Shown piece by piece: positions 15,501 to 24,222 of a stretch of DNA of 64,000 nucleotides. Numbering within the stretch: position 1 is the stretch's first letter; the number at the start of each line of letters is the position of its first letter. The DNA is from Eledone cirrhosa (Eukaryota): contig OZ024740.1 of the NCBI GenBank assembly GCA_964016885.1, positions 279,682,001 through 279,746,000 of the forward strand, written 5' to 3'. A model generated the notes under the pieces. The model saw only the letters and a program-made list of their open reading frames with translations, was not told where the DNA came from and made no database searches. A program made the position numbers and the translations under genes.

Positions 15501-17595
15501 TGGGGGATCCATTTTTTATTTGGGTGATACAGTTTTTATTTGGGTGATCCATTTTTTATTTGATGGATCCCCCAAATAGAAAATGGATACCCAAATAAAA
15601 AATGGATGCCCCAAATATAAAATGGATCACACAAATAAAAAATGGATCCCCCAAATAAAAAATGGATCACCCAAATAAAAAATGGATCAGCCAAATAAAA
15701 AATGGATCACCCAAATAAAAAATGGATCCCCCAAATAAAAAATGGATCCCCAAAATAAAAAATGGATCCCCCAAATAAAAAATGGATACCCAAATAAAAA
15801 ATGGATCCCCCAAATATAAAATGGATCACACAAATAAAAAATGGATCCCCCAAATAAAAAATGGATCACCCAAATAAAAAATGGATCACCCAGATAAAAA
15901 ATGGATCACCCAAATAAAAAATGGATCCCCCAAATAAAAAATGGATCACCCAAATAAAAAATGGATCCCCCAAATAAAAAATGGATCACCCAAATAAAAA
16001 ATGGATCCCCAAAATAAAAAATGGATCACCCAAATAAAAAATGGATCCCCCAAATAAAAAATGGATCACCCAAATAAAAAATGGATCACCCAAATAAAAA
16101 CTGGATCACCCAAATAAAAAATGGATCCCCAAAATAAAAAATGGATCACCCAAATAAAAAATGGATCACCCAAATAAAAAATGGATCCTACAATTAAAAA
16201 ATGGATCACCCTAATAAAAAATGGATCACCCAAATAAAAAATGGATCACCCAAATAAAAAATGGATCCCCCAAATAAAAAATGGATCCCCAAAATAAAAA
16301 ATGGATCCCCCAAATAAAAAATGGATACCCAAATAAAAAATGGATCCCCCAAATATAAAATGGATCACACAAATAAAAAATGGATCCCCCAAATAAAAAA
16401 TGGATCACCCAAATAAAAAATGGATCACCCAAATAAAAAATGGATCCCCCAAATAAAAAATGGATCACCCAAATAAAAAATGGATCCCCCAAATAAAAAA
16501 TGGATCCCCTAAATAAAAAATGGATAACCCAAATAAAAAATGGATCCCCAAAATAAAAAATGGATCACCCAAATAAAAAATGGATCCCCCAAATAAAAAA
16601 TGGATCACCCAAATAAAAAATGGATCCCCAAAATAAAAAATGGATCACCCAAATAAAAAATGGATCCCCCAAATAAAAAATGGATCACCCAAATAAAGAA
16701 TGGATCACCCAAATAAAAAATGGATCCTACAAATAAAAAATGGATCACCCAAATAAAAAATGGATCACCCAAATAAAAAATGGATCACCCAAATAAAAAA
16801 TGGATCCCTCAAATAAAAAATGGACCCCAAAATAAAAAATGGATCCCCCAAATAAAAAATGGATACCCAAATAAAAAATGGATCCCCCAAATATAAAATG
16901 GATCACACAAATAAAAAATGGATCCCCCAAATAAAAAATGGATCACCCAAATAAAAAATGGATCACCCAAATAAAAAATGGACCACCCAAATAAAATATG
17001 GATCGCCCAAATAAAAAATGGATCCCTCAAATAAAAAATGGATCACCCAAATAAAAAATGGATACCCCAAATAAAAAATGGATCACCTAAATAAAAAATG
17101 GATCCCCCAAATAAAAAATGGATCACCCAAATAAAAAATGGATCCCCCAAATAAAAAATGGATCCGCCAAATAAAAAATGGATCACACAAATAAAAAATG
17201 GATCCCCCAAATAAAAATGGATCACCCAACTAAAATATGGATCACCTAAATAAAAAATGGATCCCCCAAATAAAAAATGGATCACCCAAATAAAAAATGG
17301 ATCCCCCAAATAAAAAATGGATCCCCCAAATAAAAAATGGATCACCCAAATAAAAAATGGATCCCCCAAATAAAAAATGGATCACCCAAATAAAAAATAG
17401 ATCCCCAAAATAAAAAATGGATCACCCAAATAAAAAATGGATCACCCAAATAAAAAATGGATAACCAAATAAAAAATGGATCACCCAAACAAAAACTGGT
17501 TCACCCAAATAAAAAATGGATCACCCAAATAAAAAATGGATCCATTTTTTATTTGGGGGATCCATTTTCTATTTGGGTGATCCATTTTTTATTTG
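3521..17595 (-). repeat. 20 short inverted blocks (about 2-8 units) of the 20-bp satellite embedded in the forward array
   Basis: Reverse-complement units (GATCCATTTTTTATTTGGG) at approx. 3521-3595, 4278-4352, 4795-4889, 5494-5548, 5712-5866, 6252-6326, 6809-6863, 7168-7242, 7608-7682, 8365-8438, 9304-9338, 10161-10235, 11100-11174, 11857-11930, 12474-12548, 13191-13265, 14131-14205, 14888-14962, 15488-15562, 17541-17595. Confidence 0.95.
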
Positions 17596-18118
17596 ATGGA
17601 TCCCCCAAATGAAAAATGGAACCCCCAAATAAAAAATGGATCCCCCAAATAAAAAATGGATCACCCAAATAAAAAATGGATCCCCCAAATAAAAAATGGA
17701 TCACCCAAATAAAAAATGGATCCCCCAAATAAAAAATGGATCACCCAAATAAAAAATGGATCACCCAAACAAAAAATGGATCAGCCAAATAAAAAATGAA
17801 TCACCCAAATAAAAATTGGATCGCCCAAATAAAAAATGGATCCCCCAAATAAAAAATGGATCATCCAAATAAAAAATGGATCCCCCAAATAAAAAATGGA
17901 TCACCCAAATAAAAAATGCATCACCCAAATAAAAAATGGATCACCCAAATAAAAAATGGATCACCCAAATAAAAAATGGATCCCCCAAATAAAAAATGGA
18001 TCACCCAAATAAAAAATGGATCCCCCAAATAAAAAATGGATCACCCAAATAAAAAATGGATCACCCAAATAAAAAATGGATCCCCCAAATAAAAAATGGA
18101 TCACCCAAATAAAAAATG

Positions 18119-18122
18119 GATC
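18119..18122. other. Junction between the two satellite arrays at a shared GATC microhomology
   Basis: ...AAAAAATG-GATC-GTGGGCCGGCC...: the GATC fits both the 20-mer (ATGGATC) and the 196-mer (TTCGATCGTGGG), with no intervening sequence. Confidence 0.93.
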
Positions 18123-18347
18123 GTGGGCCGGCCGCCTTTGGTCGGATCGATCTGTAATTACTGGTCCATGTGCAGACACACATTTGCTGTGTGTGGTGTG
18201 ATTTTCAAGAAAAGCTGCCCATGCTAAATGCGGAAGCTGAAGTCCACCAGCGAATGGTGTGCTTCGAAGAAACGAATCACAAAAATGCGAATTTGCAGGC
18301 GGAGTTACCTTTTTCTCGATCGTGGGCCGGCCGCCCGTGGTCGGATC

Positions 18348-18515
18348 GATCTGTACTTACTAGGACTTGTGTAGACACTCATTGGCTATGTGTGGCGTGA
18401 ATTTCAGCAAGATATCTCCGTAAAATCAATAGTTGTGGCTGTGTAACCAAACCGTGTTAAACGTCAACAAAGTTGTTGAGCGTAAGTTTGTTTACATTGA
18501 ACTCCTGGTGGAATC
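18348..18515. repeat. 168-bp chimeric monomer with an unrelated ~97-bp segment (first of 21 copies; higher-order repeat landmark)
   Basis: The distance between successive GATCTGTA anchors is 168 bp. Segment GCAAGATATCTCC...TTTACATTGAACT (18407-18503) replaces ~125 bp of the normal monomer. Its internal TTAAACG occurs at 18457, 19413, 22924, 23684, 26021, 28157, 32062, 33018, 35744, 38469, 40605, 44510, 45466, 48192, 49344, 51482, 52438, 54772, 57498, 60028 and 62361. Confidence 0.95.
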
Positions 18516-21299
18516 GATCTGTAATTACTGGTACATGTGCAGACACACATTGGTCGTGTGTGGTGTGATTTTCAAAAAAAACTGCCCATGCTAAATGCGG
18601 AAGCTGAAGTCCACCAGCGAATGGTGTGCTTCGAAGAAACGAATCACAAAAATGCGAATTTGCTGGCGGAGTTACCTTTTCGATCGTGGGCCGGCCGCCT
18701 ATTGTCGGATCGATCTGTAATTACTGGTCCATATGCAGAGACACGTTTACTGTGTGTGGTGTGATTTTCAAGAAAAGCTGCCCATGCTAAATGAGGAAGC
18801 TGAAGTCCACCAGCGAATTGTGTGCTTCGAAGGAAACGAATCACAAAAATGACGATTTGCCGGCGGAGTTACCTTTTCGATGGTGGGCCGGCCGCCCGTG
18901 GTCGGATCGATCTGTAATTACTGTTCTATGTGCAGACACTCATTGGCTTGTTGTGGTGTGATTTTCAAGAAAAACTGCCCATGCTAAATGAGGAAGCTGA
19001 AGTCCACCAGCGAATGGTGTGCTTCGAAGAAACGAATCACAAAAATGCGAATTTGCCGGCGGAGTTACCTTTTCGATCGTGGGCCGGCCGCCTATGGTCG
19101 GATCGATCTGTAATTACTGGTCCATGTGCATACACACATTTGCTGTGTGTGGTGTGATTTTCAAAAAAAGCTGCCCATGCTAAATGCGGAAGCTGAAGTC
19201 CACCAGCGAATGGTGTGCTTCGAAGAAACGAATCACAAAAATGCGAATTTGCCGGCGGAGTTACCTTTTTCTCGATCGTGGGCCGGCCGCCCGTGGTCGC
19301 ATCGATCTGTACTTACTGGGACTTGTGTAGACACTCATTGGCTATGTGTGGCGTGAATTACAGCAAGATATCTCCGTAAAATCAATAGTTGTGGCTGTGT
19401 AACCAAACCGTGTTAAACGTCAACAAAGTTGTTGAGCGTAAGTTTGTTTACATTGAACTCGTGGTGGAATCGATCTGTAATTACTGGTACATGTGCAGAC
19501 ACACATTGGTCGTGTGTGGTGTGATTTTCAAAAAAAACTGCCCATGCTAAATTAGGCAGCTGAAGTCTACCAGCGAATGGTGTGCTTCGAAGAAAACGAA
19601 TCACAAAAATGACGATTTGCCGGCGGAGTTACATTTTCGATCGTGGGCCGGCCGTCCGTGGTCGGATCGATCTGTAATTACTGGTACCTGTGCAGACATA
19701 CATTTGCTGTGTGTGGTGTGATTTTCAAGAAAAGCTGCCCATGCTAAATGTGGAAGCTGAAGTCCGGCGGCGAATGGTGTGCTTCGAAGAAAACGAATCA
19801 CAAAAATGACTATTTGCCGGCGGAGTTACAATTTTCTCGATCTTGGGCCGGCCGCCCGTGGTCGGATCGATCTGTAATTACTGGTATATGTGCAGACACT
19901 CATTGGCTGTGTGTGGTGTGATTTTCATGAAAAGCTTCCCATGCTAAATGAGGAAGCTGAAGTCCACCAGCGAATGGTGTGCTTCGAAGAAACGAATCAC
20001 AAAAATGCGAATTTGCCGGCGGAGTTACCTTTTCGATCGTGGGCCGGCCGCCCGTGGTAGGATCGATCTGTAATTACTGGTACATGTGCAGACACTCATT
20101 GGCTGTGTGTGGTGTGATTTTCAAGAAAAGCTGCCCATGCTAAATGCGGAAGCTGAAGTCCGGCGGCGAATGGTGTGCTTCGAAGAAAACGAATCACAAA
20201 AATGACTATTTGCCGGCGGAGTTACCTTTTCGATGGTGGGCCGGCCGCCCGTGTTCGGATCGATCTGTAATTACTGTTCTATGTGCAGACATTCATTGGC
20301 TTGTTGTGGTGTGATTTTCAAGAAAAACTGCCCATGCTAAATGAGGAAGCTGAAGTCCACCAGCGAATGGTGTGCTTCGAAGAAACGAATCACAAAAATG
20401 CGAATTTGCCGGCGGAGTTACCTTTTCGATCGTGGGCCGGCCGCCTATGGTCGGATCGATCTGTAATTACTGGTCCATATGCAGACACACATTTGCTGTG
20501 TGTGGTGTGATTTTCAAGAAAAACTGCCCATGCTAAATGAGGAAGCTGAAGTCCGGCGGCGAATGGTGTGCTTCGAAGAAACGAATCACAAAAATGCGAA
20601 TTTGCCTGCGGAGTTATTTTTTCGATCGTGGGCCGGCCGCCCGTGGTCGGATCGATCTGTAATTACTGGTATATGTGCAGACACTCATTGGCTGTGTGTG
20701 GTGTGATTTTCAAGAAAAGCTTCCCATGCTAAATGAGGAAGCTGAAGTCCACCAGCGAATGGTGTGCTTCGAAGAAACGAATCACAAAAATGCGAAATGC
20801 CGGCGGAGTTACCTTTTCGATCGTGGGCCGGCCGCCCGTGGTAGGATCGATCTGTAATTACTGGTACATGTGCAGACAGTCATTGGCTGTGTGTGGTGTG
20901 ATTTTCAAGAAAAGCTGCCCATGCTAAATGCGGAAGCTGAAGTCCGGCGGCGAATGGTGTGCTTCGAAGAAAACGAATCACAAAAATGACTATTTGCCGG
21001 CGGAGTTACCTTTTCGATGGTGGGCCGGCCGCCCGTGGTCGGATCGATCTGTAATTACTGTTCTATGTGCAGACACTCATTGGCTGTGTGTGGTGTGATT
21101 TTCAAGAAAAGCTGCCCATGCTAAATGCGGAAGCTGAAGTCCACCAGCGAATGGTGTGCTTCGAAGAAACGAATCACAAAAATGCGAATTTGCCGGCGGA
21201 GTTACCTTTTCGATCGTGGGCCGGCCGCCCGTGGTCGGATCGATCTGTACTTACTGGTATATGTGCAGACACTCATTGGCTGTGTGTGGTGTGATTTTC

Positions 21300-22500
21300 A
21301 AGAAAAGCCGCCCATGCTAAATGAGGCAGCTGAAGTCCACCAGCGAATGGTGTGCTTCGAAGAAACGAATCACAAAAATGCGAATTTGCCGGCGGAGTTA
21401 CCTTTTCGATCGTGGGCCGGCCGCCTATGGTTGGATCGATCTGTAATTACTGGTCCATATGCAGACACACGTTTGCTGTGTGTGGTGTGATTTTCAAGAA
21501 AAGCTGCCCATGCTAAATGAGGAAGCTGAAGTCCGGCGGCGAATGGTGTGCTTCGAAGAAAACGAATCACAAAAATGCGAATTTGCCGGCGGAGTTACCT
21601 TTTCGATCGTGGGCCGGCCGCCCGTGGTCGGATCGATCTGTAGTTACTGGTATATGTGCAGACACTCATTGGCTGTGTGTGGTGTGACTTTCAAGAAAAG
21701 CTGCCCATGCTAAATGAGGAAGCTGAAGTCCGGCGCTGAATGGTGTGCTTCGAAGAAACGAATCACAAAAATGCGAATTTGCCTGCGGAGTTATTTTTTC
21801 GATCGTGGGCCGGCCGCCCGTGGTCGGATCGATCTGTAATTACTGGTATATGTGCAGACCCTCATTGGCTGTGTGTGGTGTGATTTTCAAGAAAAGCTGC
21901 CCATGCTAAATGAGGAAGCTGAAGTCCACCAGCGAATGGTGTGCTTCGAAGAAACGAATCACAAAAATGCGAATTTGCCGGCGGAGTTACCTTTTCGATC
22001 GTGGGCCGGCCGCCTATGGTTGGATCGATCTGTAATTACTGGTCCATATGCAGACACACGTTTGCTGTGTGTGGTGTGATTTTCAAGAAAAGCTGCCCAT
22101 GCTAAATGAGGAAGCTGAAGTCCGGCGGCGAATGGTGTGCTTCGAAGAAAACGAATCACAAAAATGCGAATTTGCCGGCGGAGTTACCTTTTCGATCGTG
22201 GGCCGGCCGCCCGTGGTCGGATCGATCTGTAGTTACTGGTATATGTGCAGACACTCATTGGCTGTGTGTGGTGTGACTTTCAAGAAAAGCTGCCCATGCT
22301 AAATGAGGAAGCTGAAGTCCGGCGCTGAATGGTGTGCTTCGAAGAAACGAATCACAAAAATGCGAATTTGCCTGCGGAGTTATTTTTTCGATCGTGGGCC
22401 GGCCGCCCGTGGTCGGATCGATCTGTAATTACTGGTATATGTGCAGACCCTCATTGGCTGTGTGTGGTGTGATTTTCAAGAAAAGCTGCCCATGCTAAAT
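21300..22500. repeat. Local tandem duplication of a 3-monomer (589-bp) unit; boundaries approximate
   Basis: Rare variants CGGCGCTGAATGG (~21731, ~22320), GGTTGGATCG (~21430, ~22019) and GCAGACCCTC recur at a 589-bp offset. Identical ORFs start at 21459 and 22048. Confidence 0.85.
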
Positions 22501-24222
22501 GAGGAAGCTGAAGTCCACCAGCGAATGGTGTGCTTCGAAGAAACGAATCACAAAAATGCGAATTTGCCGGCGGAGTTACCTTTTCGATCGTGGGCCGGCC
22601 GCCTATGGTCGGATCGATCTGTAATTACTGGTCCATGTGCAAACACACATTTGCTGTGTGTGGTGTGATTTTCAAAAAAAGCTGCCCATGCTAAATGCGG
22701 AAGCTGAAGTCCACCAGCGAATGGTGTGCTTCGAAGAAACGAATCACAAAAATGCGAATTTGCCGGCGGAGTTACCTTTTTCTCGATCGTGGGCCGGCCG
22801 CCCGTGGTCGCATCGATCTGTACTTACTGGGACTTGTGTAGACACTCATTGGCTATGTGTGGCGTGAATTTCAGCAAGATATCTCCGTAAAATCAATAGT
22901 TGTGGCTGTGTAACCAAACCGTGTTAAACGTCAACAAAGTTGTTGAGCGTAAGTTTGTTTACATTGAACTCGTGGTGGAATCGATCTGTAATTACTGGTA
23001 CATGTGCAGACACACATTGGTCGTGTGTGGTGTGATTTTCAAAAAAAACTGCCCATGCTAAATTAGGCAGCTGAAGTCTACCAACGAATGGTGTGCTTCG
23101 AAGAAAACGAATCACAAAAATGACGATTTGCCGGCGGAGTTACATTTTCGATCGTGGGCCGGCCGTCCGTGGTCGGATCGATCTGTAATTACTGGTACCT
23201 ATGCAGACACACATTTGCTGTGTGTGGTGTGATTTTCAAGAAAAACTGCCCATGCTAAATGAGGAAGCTGAAGTCCGGCGGCGAATGGTGTGCTTCGAAG
23301 AAACGAATCACAAAAATGCGAATTTGCCTGCGGAGTTATTTTTTCGATCGTGGGCCGGCCGCCCGTGGTCGGATCGATCTGTAATTACTGGTCCATGTGC
23401 AGACACACATTTGCTGTGTGTGGTGTGATTTTCAAAAAAAGCTGCCCATGCTAAATGCGGAAGCTGAAGTCCACCAGCGAATGGTGTGCTTCGAAGAAAC
23501 GAATCACAAAAATGCGAATTTGCCGGCGGAGTTACCATTTTCTCGATCGTGGGCCGGCCGCCCGTGGTCGCATCGATCTGTACTTACTGGGACTTGTGTA
23601 GACACTCATTGGCTATGTGTGGCGTGAATTTCAGCAAGATATCTCCGTAAAATCAATAGTTGTGGCTGTGTAACCAAACCGTGTTAAACGTCAACAAAGT
23701 TGTTGAGCGTAAGTTTGTTTACATTGAACTCGTGGTGGAATCGATCTGTAATTACTGGTACATGTGCAGACACACATTGGTCGTGTGTGGTGTGATTTTC
23801 AAAAAAAACTGCCCATGCTAAATTAGGCAGCTGAAGTCTACCAGCGAATGGTGTGCTTCGAAGAAAACGAATCACAAAAATGACGATTTGCCGGCGGAGT
23901 TACATTTTCGATCGTGGGCCGGCCGTCCGTGGTCGGATCGATCTGTAATTACTGGTACCTGTGCAGACATACATTTGCTGTGTGTGGTGTGATTTTCAAG
24001 AAAAGCTGCCCATGCTAAATGAGGAAGCTGAAGTCCGGCGGCGAATGGTGTGCTTCGAAGAAAACGAATCACAAAAATGACTATTTGCCGGCGGAGTTAC
24101 AATTTTCTCGATCTTGGGCCGGCCGCCCGTGGTCGGATCGATCTGTAATTACTGGTATATGTGCAGACACTCATTGGCTGTGTGTGGTGTGATTTTCATG
24201 AAAAGCTTCCCATGCTAAATGA

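Larger units (their letters stand above)
1..18122. repeat. 20-bp tandem satellite/minisatellite array, consensus AAATAAAAAATGGATC(A/C)CCC, ~900 copies, running off the left edge
   Basis: Continuous 20-bp periodicity with occasional 19- and 21-bp units. Two major variants (GGATCACCC, GGATCCCCC) and many recurrent minor variants (AAATGTAAAA, AAACAAAAAC, CAATTACTAAAT, GGAACCCCC, GGATACCC). Confidence 0.98.

Noticed and set aside
1-18122. AATAAA polyadenylation signals and Dam-type GATC sites in every unit
   Set aside because: They are inherent to the repeat unit, with no gene or prokaryotic origin context.
1-18122. G-quadruplex potential from GGG/GGGGG runs on the minus strand
   Set aside because: The G-runs are separated by 15-17 nt loops, too long for a stable canonical G4.
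29-18179. Hydrophobic GDPFFIWVIHFLFG-repeat ORFs resembling membrane peptides
   Set aside because: They are translations of a 20-bp unit cycling through three frames, start at non-ATG codons, and are broken by random stops and indels.
18270-18295. Similarity of AATCACAAAAATG in the 196-mer to the 20-mer, suggesting common origin
   Set aside because: It is a short, low-complexity A-rich match that is expected by chance.
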